Assembly (NCBI GenBank): GCA_048013815.1
Contig: CM106585.1
Span: 22,506,001 to 22,570,000, forward strand
DNA: 64,000 bases
Direction of reading: 5' to 3'
Origin: Setoptus koraiensis
Taxonomy: Eukaryota; Animalia; Arthropoda
The translations under genes and the position numbers were made by a program. Numbering within the stretch: position 1 is the stretch's first letter; every line of letters begins with the position of its first letter. The notes under the pieces were generated by a model, which was not told the DNA's origin, made no database searches, and worked only from the letters and a program-made list of their open reading frames with translations. This document shows, piece after piece, positions 1 to 12,711 of this stretch.

Positions 1-1480
1 AGTCTATAGTGAGTAGTGCCAATCGCCAATGGTTGCAACCTGACCTGACTTTGATGCTATTACCTGAGCACGTGCTCTCTCTCTCTCTCTCTCTCGCTCT
101 TTGTGAGTCGTACAAAATTGATGCAAACAACAGCAGCAACAGGTGACTGATGCTGGCAACATGACAGTAGCAGCACAAACTAGCATCAAAATCGCTGCTA
201 TTCATAATTGATGATACGCTTACCTGGCGCAACCAGGATCTATGCGCTGTAGCAACAATTGGCCTGCTTCTGTGTAGCACTCTCTAGACAGCCTCTCATT
301 ATTATTATTATTATATCGGCCAGCGTGTTTGTGTCATGCAATATTAATATTATGTAATGCGGCTCACACTTGCGCAACGCCAGCTGCAACCTCCCAATTG
401 TCGATTGTTGTCGAGTGGACAGGCCGTTGGCGATGGCCAACTATTATGCAACAGCCACCTGGTTTTAAATGACGGGACACACAGTGTTGTAACGCGCAAC
501 TTTTGTCAGTTTGTCTTACAAACAACACAACAAACAAGCCAATGGCGCTGCTGCTGCGGAGGTTGTTGTTGTTGTTGCTGCTGTTGTTGTGTAAGGCAGT
601 TATCGACTATTATTGGCAACATAAACAGCCTCGTTGTGCTGGCATCAAGTAGCGAGATTGCGCCATTACCAAATGATGCGGAGATGCTGCGGTCCGATAG
701 TGGACACAACAACGATAAAAGAAGATAAAGACAACAATTAGTTTGTCTGCCTTTCAATTGATGGCTGTCGATGGTGCTTTGTGGTGCCAATATCGGTCGT
801 GTTGACTCAAACGACACAGCAAACAACAACAGTCGCCATAGTGTGATTTTAGATCAAATCACATGATTTGTTGAAGTGATAAAAATATAAAATAGTGCCC
901 AGTTTGCTTGTGGTTCGTTATCGTTGCTTCTTGGCCACAACCTTGCGTCGCACAACAAACTCCAATCTCAATGTTAACCAATGTCAATGTCGGCAATTTA
1001 ATATCGACATTCGATTGAGAGCAAAGCAAAGTCACATCGGCAGCAGCCAGATAAAAGACTCTTTGTGTAGTCGTGACGCCGTTGTTGTTGCCGTTGTTGT
1101 TGCTGTTGTTGTTGCTGTTGTTGTTGCCGTTGTTGTTGGTGGTGGTGGCGTTGTCATCAGTCATCCGTCGGCAGTTAGCAATCATCAGACACAAACACTA
1201 ATTTAGAATTTATTGTTGAGGTGCGCCAATGGTTGTTTGGCGCAATTGATGTGCTCGTCGTGAAAGAATTGCACATTCCAATTTGAGAAGCGAAATTCTG
1301 GCAGCAAACAAATTAATTCCAGCGCGAAACAACAGCTCTTATCTTGCGACTATCGACCAATCTAATTGCTGCCATCCTCTTCTAGGCCGCTGGCAGTTTT
1401 GGCCTTATTTTATTTTACGCCTCTGACGACATGTCAGTTGTTGTTGTTGTTGTCAACTGTTGGATTATCGGTTGCTTCAG

Positions 1481-1542
1481 TTGGCCAGCCGATATCAATT
1501 GGCCAGCCGATGTCAGCTGGCCAGCCGATGACAGTTGACCAG
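1481..1542. repeat. 18-bp minisatellite (~3.5 copies)
   Basis: ttggccagccgatatcaa / ttggccagccgatgtcag / ctggccagccgatgacag. Confidence 0.85.
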
Positions 1543-4500
1543 TGGATGGCCACACCAACAGAATTTGAAATGACACTTGCCGTTTGTTTGTTGTTGGTGT
1601 GCCGGGCCGGGGCCAACAACGGCCAACAACCAAGCGCGGCAACGAAGAGCGACAACAATGCTTGCAATGAGATTATCGACGAATAATTGACGTCGGTTTG
1701 TGTCAACGTGAATCTCATTGTCGCTTTGGGGCACACAAACCGGGCCGCTCTCAACACTTGTTGTTGTTCGGTGATAGAAAAGCCAAAAGAGAAGAGATAA
1801 TGGGATTTGCAGCAATTGTATACTTTGTTCGTATCAAGTGTTGATTTGCAAGTTTTGATCTGTGCCTCATAATCATAACAATACCTGTTTGCTCGGCCGT
1901 CACTAATGCCAGCAATACAATCGATGATAGGATGAAATCAAACTGTCACGGCGAATCGTGCCCCATGGTAATGATTGGACATGGCAATTAGTTGTTTGAA
2001 AGGAACTGACAACTGTTGTACAAATAATCAACAATCAACCACGGATAAGCAACCGGCTCACAATCGGCTCAGCTAACGCCCACTGGGGCCAGTCGGACTG
2101 GCTTCAACTGCCAATGCCACTCGAGATGCCATTCGAATTGAATTCTGTTAAATTGAATTTTGTGTGTTCGAACTTGGAAGCGAGCAAACAAAGGCACAAA
2201 CTCACCGCTCGGCTACCTGTTGGAATGGCCTTCCGTGGCGCTCACTGTGCTCACTCGTGCCCGTACACCGGTGAAACCTTTGCCGGGCCTGGGCAATTTT
2301 AGTGTGGACAGTAAACACAGGTAACGGTTGTAGCGAGAGGTATAAAATGACATCTTTTGGCAGTGCGTTGTCGTCGTGCTCGTTAGCGATAGATCAAAGT
2401 AAATAGATTAGATCTTGTCCCGCTCTCTCGCTCTCCTATGACCAGTGTGTGTTAGTGTAGGTGTGTATGCAAACATTGCCAGGCTATATGTGTGTTTGTT
2501 GGCGGCCGTTTTCGATCAAATTACTCGATCGGCTGCGATGACAGCTCCCCATTTCGGCCAATGTTTACCTGTGCACTTTGATAGATGACAGCACACGCTT
2601 GGAGCGAAGAATTCGTTTGTTGTTGTTTCTATTTTGCGCATCAGCAGCAGCAGCAACAACAACAACAACAACGGCAACAACGACAACAAATCAGCGCGTG
2701 TTTACTATTTATCCATCATCGGCGACTCTTGTCCGGTACCTGGTATTCCGTTTGCTCTGGCGGCCACACTGCACACTGCGCGTAACCATTTTATATTTTA
2801 GGTGTATGTGCGCCGTCGAAATGGCCTCAAATAAAACCTCGACGATCGTTGCAAATGACGATAATAATAAAATGCGCCGCGCTGAAACGAGACGAAATAA
2901 AATAAATCGACATGCTGGCGATGCCAACTCAAGATAGCGATTGAACGCAACCAAGTGGAAAGAGAAAGAAGCGAATAGATGCCTAAAGGATTCCGCTCGG
3001 CCGCTCGGCCACTTGGTTGCTCGGCCTCGTGTGTCTGTAGACTGCAGACCATTGTCCGGCACAACCAGAAATTGGACCTCCTACCGGCGCGCCACTAGTG
3101 CTGGCCACTGGCATAATTGACCAGTTCATTTACATATTTATGGTCGATTTCTGTCGCCCATTATATCTCGTGCAGTGGCCAGCAGTGTGGCGTATGGCAC
3201 ACTATACAGTGAATCACTATTAGTGATGGCTCGTGTGCCTCGAAAGCGTGAGTGCCATTGTTGTCGTTGCACATCACACAAATCGCAAATCGACCATCGT
3301 CAACTCTCGACATCAAGTGCCGACCTTGCGATTATTCAAATGAATTTTTGCTGCTGCTGCTGCTGTTGACACTGACTGAATAAATTATTGATAACAATTA
3401 TGACATCTTCACTGTGAAAAAACTTGTCCTCTCTAGACGAGTCTTGTTGAGTTTTCGTCGTTTGCTTGCTTGCGACGACACTCACACGGTTGTTGACCCA
3501 ACCGACCAGTCGAGTGATTGTGACCGATGACCCATCCCAAACCGCCCATCGGATCTCATTAGGTGACTTTGCAAAAATTTTCATCTTTATATCTCGCCAG
3601 TTGACTTGTTGATAGACAATAAAATGAGACTTGAACGGTTATCAGAGAATCGCCACTGCCCAAATGAAATTTTTAGCGTTCATCACTCACAACGTTTATT
3701 TGATTACGCGTTGATTGATTCAAAAATGTGACTCTAGTTGATCAGTTATTGCCCATACAGTCTCCAATTTTCGTTTATGTCCATCTTGATACTGATTTCT
3801 TATCTATTCGTTGGGTCATTTGGTGGTTAGCTGGCAATCTGGCGCATCTATAAACTATTTTAATGATCACTAACGATGCCAACATCACAGCATAGATGCT
3901 ATCTGTCTCTCTGGCCATTGCGACCTCTAATTAGAGAGTCAAGCGAGCCGAAATCAGATAGATTCTGTATGCGCCGTTGCATTCTTTCGTAACGACAAAC
4001 ATCAAGCAACTATTTGCACATCTGAAAGTGTGACAGCGCAAAGCTTTCGACTTGATGACATTGGTTTCGAACCATAACGCTTCGCGCCAATAGACAATTT
4101 TGCTTGGCAATGGTGCAAAATTTCTTGTGCGTCTCTTTGTAGCGATTGTACAATTTTTCACAATTTTTCTGCGAATTCTGTGCGTTCAGCTTGTTTGTCT
4201 GGCCCAGGAAATGCATAGAAAACAAAATAGCAGCGGTAGCCAATTATGATAAATAACAAACTGTTTAAAAAGAACGATATGCATCACACAAGAAAGCAAC
4301 AAGTGAGAAAATGCTTCTTTTTTTCGTTGTCGTTGATCTGTCTTGTGTAACGCGTGCTGCATGGTGCATAAAACGAAGTGCAAAAAACAACTGTCTAAAA
4401 AGATCTCGTTACTGCACTTGCCGGCAAACTTATACTGTCTATTACATCATGTATTATGTGTGTGTGTGTGTGATAACGACATTCAGTGATTGTTAAACGC

Positions 4501-6337
4501 GGATGTAAACACAAATGTAAATACGGTGCACGAAATGCACGAGGTGCAAAGGAACGGGCGAGAAGCGAGTGCAAGAAGTTTTGGCTGGATGAAACGGAGC
4601 GAATCGGATGCGGTCGTCGCGCGCGTGGCTTCTTTTGCGAGGCTTCTTTTTTCTCTTTGGCGTTGCCGTTCTTCGTGTCGGTAATCATCATCGTGATGGT
4701 TCTTTTTTCTTCTCTCTCTCGCTCTCTTTGTCCATCAACGGCAGCAACAACAACAACAACAGAGACAAACACTGCCAACGCGCTCACAGTTGCGAACGTG
4801 CTCGCAAGCACCATGGAACCACAATAAGATGGAACCATAATGAGAACAGTTCTTTTCGGCGCGGTTTCTTCTCTGTCGCTGTGGCCGCTTCTGTGTCTTT
4901 CGGCTTGTTCGATTATTCGTAAATCGAGCAAATCAATTCGTTCTCTCGTTGCTTGTTGTTGACGCGAGCGAACGAGCGAGCGGACGATAATGAAAACCAA
5001 TGAGCACTCATTGGTTTTCGACCATAGAATCGGTTCCTTTGGACAGTGCAACAAAAACAGTAGGGCGGTTCGTTGCTTCTTCTGCTTCTTGCTTGTTGGC
5101 GATCATCGTCAAAATTGGAGTCGTGATTCCGAGGCCAAATCGTATGCACAAACACTGGACAATGAGCCACTAGTGTCCGTGGTGGTCAGTTGACGTGCGC
5201 AGGGGCATCATCACGACAATGCAAGCGCTGCAAACATACCGATATAAACAAAGCGAAAATTTGGCGCTTACCAAGCAAAGTAACGAATCTTGAAAACTAA
5301 TCACAGCAACTGTAATGAGTTGTTGTATATTGTTGAAAATTTGTTCGCGTGCTCTCGCACGCCCAACACACCGGCGAGTGCCGAAGCAGATGGAAGAAAA
5401 GTGTTGATTGGATGAGTTCATCTTCTTCTTCTTCTTGCTCCGTGATAATCATTGGTTAATTTGTGGTGCACTGTCGACTTGATTGCGCTGCCCACGAAAA
5501 CAATCGCCTTTTTCGTCTCGGAGTGTCTCACAACTTGTGAGTCACAAGTGAGCGTCGGCTTTTGATGTAAATCGAAATTAGTTTTCGCTTGTGTGAGTTT
5601 GCCCTCAACCTCGAATAAAATGCTTTTTCAGTTATTGTTCGGAGGGGTCAGCGGGCACAAGCAAACTTGTTGTGATTGATTGCCCAACGCCGAACAATAT
5701 AACTGAAACACAAGACGCAGTTTAATTAATAAAATAATTTTTGTTTGTTGGCGTGATTGCTGGCTGCTCAAGGCGCGCAACAGCGAGCTATTTCGGCAAC
5801 GAATATCTCGGGGTGATCAATCGAAATCAATCAAGTGTGTTGGAGGCATCAAGTGCATTTCTCATTCTTCATTGCTCATTTCGTTGTGATTTTGTGCTGT
5901 TGCCGGTTGGTGTCGTTAGTGGCAGTTGGAGCGCCATTTTCAACACACAATTAATTTGAGCAACAAACATACGCTGGCCACTGGCCACTGACCACTGACA
6001 ATAAATGTCGACATGGCTTGGCCGGCACCATCACACACGTAAGCCAGCGACCACTTGATGCTTCTACTTGATGTTGAAACTAACTAGTAGGTAAGTGTGT
6101 TGCGTCAGCCATCAGGTGAAAAGGCAGTTTATGGCTGCTATTCACCTGGTTTCAATTCTATAGAGATTATGCACGGAGAAAGACCGATTACACGTGCTGG
6201 AATGCGCAGGTGGTGCTCGCGCTAATAATTACATGCACACACCGTCGGCCATTAATCTTCTTTTATTCTGTTCGCGAGAACACAGTCTGTTCTTTTTACC
6301 TGTGTTTTGTTTGCTCCGCTTCTTTTCGCCCACCACG

Positions 6338-6426
6338 ACTGCATCGACCGCATCAACTGCATCAACTGCATCAACTGCATCAACTGCGTCCACTGCATCA
6401 ACTGCGTCCACTGCATCCACTGCGTC
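6338..6426. repeat. 9-bp tandem repeat (~10 copies)
   Basis: actgcatca with variants actgcgtcc and actgcatcc. Confidence 0.9.
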
Positions 6427-9400
6427 GGCGACAGCAACACACGTTACGTATTTCTTACGCCACGTTGTGTCGATATCACTGGGCACCGGCGTGCTGACGA
6501 GTACGCGCTGACGAAGCAACACGTAGCATGATGATCGCAAATAATCGGACAGTATCGTCAGTTGATGCGGGATTGGCATTGCGGAGTCGGGGTGTGTGCC
6601 CATCAAAAGCAGCACAAACTCAATCGAGCGTGATCTGAGATGGGCCAATTTGACGACAATGATTTGATTTATTTGCGCCCGTCGCAGTGATTGTGCGTCG
6701 CAGTGATTGTGCGTCGTAGTGATGCCACAACCAGGGCACAAGCAGCACAAAATGGCATCATTGGTTGTTGCCGCCGACCACCACCAACTTTTGTGTTGTT
6801 GTCTCTCTGTTGTGTTCGTCTTGGCTGCGATGGTCAACTTGCAGCTTGCGACCAACTAAAAAACAGCGCACCAACGAGCACCAGCCGAAGCGCGTGTTTA
6901 GCGCGTGCTTTTCTTTGTGTCGTTTCTTTGAGCCTTTCAGTGTTCTTTTGCGCCTCCAACGAGCAACATAAAGCAAGAGAATAACAGTGCACAATTGAGG
7001 CACAGTATATATGATAATGATACAACTTTGTGGCCACTCGAAGCCGGCCCAGTCTGGCCGCACCATCAACTGTTGCAGCTAGACTAGCCGCGCGCGCTGT
7101 TGGCGCAAATACAGTGCAATCATTTAGACGAACGCCAGACATCTCGTCTCATGAGCTGGTCGGTTCTTTAGCAGCTTGTTAGTGGCCGGCCAGCACGAGC
7201 ATGTTAGCCTAGCTCATACAAGCTTGTACAAGAGCGTATACATGAGCATATATATGGGCTGGCATGCACAAGTTGCAAGGGCGAGAGAAGAGAAGCGAAA
7301 AAGAATCACTTGCACGCGCTTCTTTCTTGCCCTTGTCGCCGTTCTTGCCCTTGTCGCTGTTGTTGCGGTGCGTTCGAAGCGCGCTCTGGTCAGCAGATGT
7401 TTGCTCTCTTGGCGCTGGCACCCTGGCTGCTGTGGCCCCCGCTTGCCCAGTTGGCTGCCCCTCGTCTAGTGGCCCGGTCCAGTAGTTGGCGGCCAACACT
7501 GGTGGCAATAATCTGTGTCGGCCCCGCCCGGCAAAGAACAACCAACCCTCACCCCTAATCGAAGGTCAATATTAACCTAGTTGGTTCGCGCGATTCTTTT
7601 CAACTGTAACTCTCTCTCTCTCTCTCTCTCTCTCTCACTAACATAAGCATAAACTAACTGCTACAACTGAACCATATACTGTATATATCAGTACAGTAAA
7701 TTGTATAAGAAGCAGCGCGCAAGCAAACAAGCAAATTATTTATCGCCGTGGCATAAAAGAAGGCGCAAATTCCTTTGCTCGGTCAGCGTCTAATCCTCTA
7801 GTGTGTCAGTCGGATTACTAACAGCGACTGCTACTGAAATGGCCACAATTTCAGAGCGGCAAACTCACTGTTGGCCGGACTCACAAAATCAGCGTTTCAG
7901 CCACAACAAGCGCACAATTGCCTACAATCGATGATGACACCGATTGTAAATTTCTGCTCTAAATTGTTAACTGCACGCTGTAATAGAACTGGTATCGTTG
8001 TTGTCGTCACTAGCGACAAACAGATACACAGAATGAGAATTAGAATCACAATTGAATAGAAAAATGAATTGAATGGCACGCTCATCAATTGTTGTTCTTT
8101 GTCGTCGTGATGCCATGCAATGGGTGTGCGCCAAAAAATAGAGCATCCTTGCGCCCCACACAGGTAAAGCAAGGTAAGAGGCTCTATTTGACAGTTACAG
8201 TTGTGTTATTGTTATCCGTCCACGCTCAACCACCGAGTGTGTCAACCACCAATGGTATAACACACTCTATTTGTGGCATCAACTGACCAATTCTTATACA
8301 CAACTTTCTCTCTCTTTGTTAACACTGCGAGAAAGACATCACTTTAGCCTCGTTCTTCCACTTGAATGAACTCGAATTGATAACAATATTCTCTAATGGT
8401 CAGTCTGTGTTTGTGACCAACACAAAATGTCCTCACCATGTGCACATATTCACTGTCCCTTCCTGAGATCGCATCAACAGATACGCTTCTTTATCCTCTA
8501 ATCCCTTTGCCTCCGCCACCATCACTACTATCGTATTTGTCTCGTATATACCAATGTGCATTTCTGTTGCAATCTTTTCCATGAGCCTTTCCAACATCTC
8601 ACGCCTGTGCACTCTGAAGATGAAAAGATGCATGAGACGCAAATTATCACTGCTGCATAGTTATGTAACTCAACTAACATGTATGTGAAACACAATGATT
8701 TACTTAATGACTGTGTATCAATGTCTCTGTTTAAGTTAAATCACCGAGCCAATGCGAGGGCCTTGAGATGATCACTCCCATTAGCTTGTCGTCTTTATAG
8801 CTTCATTGTGCCGGGCAAAATCGTAAAGAGGATAACGTTTGAGTGTACTGTTGTAACATCGTGCCTAACATGACCGAATGCATCAACAGTCAGCTTATGA
8901 TGTAATACTATGAAAACTAAGATAAACTCAATAATAAACTCACAATTACTAGTATTAGCCTAACCATAATCTTGAACAAAATTCTCTTTTTCTCTCTTCG
9001 ATATATGACAACGTCATCATTATTGGTGAAATAAACAACAACAACAACAAAACAGATCTCGTTCTCATACTCACACTACGGAGACGAAATGAATGTCTTA
9101 TCGTTAGACTCTTCCAAATACTTTCGGCCAAACGAGGATCAAACGAAGTAAGTATTAATCTCAACTAAATGACCATCTTCGCCCTCGGTCCTCATTTGAG
9201 CCAATAATACATGCTTTTATGTATACTTATTGAAATAAATTTAACGATACCTGATGAATAGTTTCGGTAGCTTGGACGCCGTTGATTTATGAGCATTTTG
9301 ATTGCCAGTTGGTCTTTTTTGGTTTGCTTATCAATAAAGCCGCCGAAAGATCGTGATTACAGTTAGCTGCCTACTACTATCAATAGGTCTCGTGATGATG

Positions 9401-9929
9401 ATGATGAGTCAGCTCAATCAATTGATTTTTAATGAATCGTTGATCAAAGTAAACCGAGCCGGTCCACCAAAAACAATCATAATGTAGTCATTTGATCTAG
9501 TGTAGTATCAAAAGTAATTCGATTCTTCACTAGACTCAACTTTTTATCTCATTAATTTCAATATAAACAAAGCAGAAAACTAATCAATCTCATCGTCTCT
9601 CTCCCTCTCTCTTATACTAACCACTATTCTTAGGTTATTAACATTACATTGTTACTTGTTTCCCCAAGAATGTTCAAAAAAGAATATGAGTAGACGACGA
9701 CTGAAGATGAAGAAAATCAATTTTTCTCACGAGATGCAATATAAGCTGTAGTTAATGCTCGGCAAGAGAATACCATTTTCACTTCACATGTTCTTTTTTT
9801 ATCAATAAAAACCAAAACTATTGAATTTACTCATGCAGTGCCGTGTCATTCGAAATATTGTCAGGCTGAGTATTGTTTCAAACTATCGGAGAGGTATATC
9901 GGGGTTCGATGTTATTATAGAAATTTTAT

Positions 9930-11504
9930 TCAGAACATACATAGAGGGCTATCATAGACCATTTCTAGGTTAACTTTATGACCAACTAAATCCCTGATGT
10001 TGTCTATCTTAGATTTTATCATTGTGGGACGCTCCAAAGATAGTCCCCACGCAATTGCATTCACATCGTCGGGTAAACCCAATGCAGTGAGCATCTCTGA
10101 TCGGAATACACCACAATTGCCCACTTCAACCTCTTTACCTAGGCCCTCATGATAGCTGAATATCTCCATACTTGGCATAGTATAAGGATTGTATGTCGTT
10201 TTAAACTTGAGTTCTCCAAGACCAAGTAGGTTGAAGAAGGTCCTCAAAACATCCTTCAGATCACCTTCGGTGAGATTTCTATCGAGATAGACCCCTTCAA
10301 CTTGATTGAACTCAGCGAGATGTGTCGCGTCTAATGTTTCGTTTCTGAAAACCCTATCTATGCTGAAGAATTTTGCCGGCGTGAATGGTGTATTCTTGGG
10401 TTTCATTTTGTGCTCATTAGCAATCTTGTAGATCATCCTAGCCGTCACAGCTGTTGTATGTGTCCTAAAAACGTTTCTGGTTGATTCCTCTTCACTCCAC
10501 TTATACTGATATCCTAGCGGCCACGACTTATCTGCGTTACCAGAATGTGCACTCTGAACTCTACGAACTAATTCTCTGTCCTCAATCTTAGCGCACGATT
10601 CAGGGTTTTTGATGAAGAATGTATCCTGGGAATCTCGAGCAGGATGATCTTGGGGCACAAAAAGTGCATCGAAGTTCCAGAAGGAACTTTCTACGTAATT
10701 GTCTGTAGGCATCTCAGAGAATCCCATGTCGAGAAAGGTCTTCTTGAACTGCTCTCTCACTAAATGCAATGGATGCTGGTGCCCAGGTGTATCTGGAAGA
10801 CCTAGAGCATCGAAGTTGTAGGCCTTGAATTTCTTTGTTTTCCATTCGTTCGATACAACTTGATCCAGGGTGATATCAGTCTCGCCAGTTTCGATGGTCA
10901 AACTGAATTTTGGGCCCTTTTTCAGCTCCAGATATTTAATCACTGTAGCAGTGACCAGCTTTCTGCTACTCAAATCAGATGCTGGGAGAAAATTAGGATT
11001 ATCAGGACTATAAGAGCCTTCTTGAATTGCCTTCAACGTTCTGAAAACTCTATCCTCAACATGGGACACGGTTCGCTTTATCTGTTTTGTTTCCTTATCC
11101 ATACAAATCCACTTATTTCGCATGGCTGTACTGAAACCCACTTTGCCTATGGTCAAATCTTGGAATTTTTTCATTAATTCAACCTGCTCAATGCCTGAAT
11201 TTTCAGGTATACAATTGAACAAGCGCACCTCATGACTGACACCATCCTCAACGATTTTCGCGGCCTCTTTGGTGAGTTCAAGTTTTTTGAAATCTTTCAT
11301 CTGACTCTCCAGGAATTGTTTGGAATCTCCAGTGGAGTCAGCAGCTTTCGTCGAGATACTCTTGATTGCTCCGATAATTCTCTGGTGATCGACATTGAGT
11401 TTTTTAGCTAAATCTAAACTACTGATAGGGTCTACCTCGGTTGCATCCAACAGACCGAGTAGACTGCCGGCAGCTAACTCGGGCGGCGTGGGAGACTCCG
11501 ACAT
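9930..11504 (-). CDS. FARSA: Phenylalanyl-tRNA synthetase alpha subunit, cytosolic (intronless, 524 aa)
   Basis: Uninterrupted ORF with class II PheRS-alpha motifs: HQHPL, VESSFWNFDALFVPQDHPARDSQDTFF, RTHTT, KFFSIDRVFRNETLDATHLAEFNQVEG, YNPYT-PSME, AWGLSLERPTMIK, HKVNLEMV. AATAAA overlaps the stop codon (TGAATAAA, 9925-9932). Confidence 0.98.
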   Translation of the reverse strand: MSESPTPPELAAGSLLGLLDATEVDPISSLDLAKKLNVDHQRIIGAIKSISTKAADSTGDSKQFLESQMKDFKKLELTKEAAKIVEDGVSHEVRLFNCIPENSGIEQVELMKKFQDLTIGKVGFSTAMRNKWICMDKETKQIKRTVSHVEDRVFRTLKAIQEGSYSPDNPNFLPASDLSSRKLVTATVIKYLELKKGPKFSLTIETGETDITLDQVVSNEWKTKKFKAYNFDALGLPDTPGHQHPLHLVREQFKKTFLDMGFSEMPTDNYVESSFWNFDALFVPQDHPARDSQDTFFIKNPESCAKIEDRELVRRVQSAHSGNADKSWPLGYQYKWSEEESTRNVFRTHTTAVTARMIYKIANEHKMKPKNTPFTPAKFFSIDRVFRNETLDATHLAEFNQVEGVYLDRNLTEGDLKDVLRTFFNLLGLGELKFKTTYNPYTMPSMEIFSYHEGLGKEVEVGNCGVFRSEMLTALGLPDDVNAIAWGLSLERPTMIKSKIDNIRDLVGHKVNLEMVYDSPLCMF

Positions 11505-11910
11505 ACTTCGTATCTTGAGCGTATTATTATATAAAACTTATACATGTAGTTTTATGAGAAGTGAAAATATTGGTTCTTCCGCTCCCAAATATTAAATTCA
11601 TCCAAATGCGAATGAGTCCAAATGCGAAAAATGATCACGTTTTAGCTATATTCACTTCATTTTCGCGCGGTAAATTTGAATTTTGGCTTGATTTTGAATT
11701 TCCCGCGTGGTTTTTCAAAACTTTTCGGATATCCATGAAACAGATTTCATTTAGGCGCATTACACAATGAGGTAACGCTGATTTCTGGGGTCTGTTCGAA
11801 TGCTCTCACAGTAGGTGTCCCGCACACTAGTTGTTACATTCATCATCTAACTTAAGCATCATTATACTTATGGCATATTATTTATTCACATTTTCATCAC
11901 GACTGTCATC

Positions 11911-12182
11911 ATGTCTGACGCTGATAGCGAGAGGATCAGGGAGAGGTTCGCAAGCCACATTTGGGCCACACAACAGAGGGTACTATATCATAGAGCGCAC
12001 CTGTTAATTAACTAGTGCTTCTCACACTTGAGATCGAATTCGGTTCAAAAGTCAACTATGTGATAGGACCGAATGGAAGCCGAAAAAGTGTCATCCTCGC
12101 AGCACTTGTGGTGCCCCGAGGTGGTGTCTCAAGCAGAACTGCCTATTTTGTCAATTGTGATGACGACAATTTGTTGACCTAG
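11911..12182 (+). pseudogene. SMC6: Degenerate 5' fragment of an SMC6-like (SMC5/6 ATPase head) gene
   Basis: 12027-12182 translates LEIEFGSKVNYVIGPNGSRKSVILAALVVPRGGVSSRT..stop, matching the SMC6 Walker A region (FG..VNFIVG.NGSGKSA.L.AL.V.LGG.A..T). The Walker A Gly is replaced by Arg; upstream sequence is frameshifted with stops; no continuation. SMC6 versus SMC5 assigned by eye. Confidence 0.7.
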
Positions 12183-12711
12183 GTGCAAACGATAGGTCTG
12201 AGCAGTCAATATACTAAGATACTGTGCAATCATGTCGATCACTATTGAATAAATTCTCATTCAGTCACTAATCCCCTCAAGTCTATCAAGAGGAGACAGA
12301 GATAATAGTTTGTTCATGGTCTATTGCAGCTAGATAGATACCAGATAGCTACAATGATAGATACGGATAGATACATCATCAACTCTCCCCTCTTTTTTAA
12401 CGTCATTTGTTTATATTGATTGATAAGATAACAATGTTGATTTGAAAGAAAAACTTGAGCTACTTGGGTGTCGATATGTAAAAGTTTTTCTTATGCGAGC
12501 AGTTATTACTGAATTGAAATAAAAACAAAGATTAAATGATATGAATAGCATGACAACAATTTGATGAGTTCCATCGCAATTTATGAAATAAATGATTGAG
12601 ATTTTCGCGTATAAATAGAATTCAACTCCATCAACCATTATATTTTCGTTGAACTATTTTGCCGATAACCCAGAAAACAAATAGGACAAATTTTAAATTA
12701 GATTCACTACG

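Noticed and set aside
223-286. Possible minus-strand exon tag|(R)ECYTEAGQLLLQRIDPGCA|gtaagc
   Set aside because: Canonical ends, but no recognisable homology and no partner exon in the window.
1-8300. Many 60-220-aa track ORFs (e.g. 357-728, 4395-5054, 6229-6855)
   Set aside because: They are built from CAA/GTT/GA microsatellites, overlap on both strands and have no recognisable domain; I found no consistent splice chain.
10860-11177. ORFs antisense or internal to FARSA, PFAS and prune (e.g. 10860-11177, 13503-13901, 14082-14483, 16847-17140, 26561-26851)
   Set aside because: Shadow frames of real coding sequence.
9880-11810. GTTCGA B-box-like motifs near 9904 and 11790 as possible tRNAs
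   Set aside because: No cloverleaf, acceptor stem or A-box could be built.
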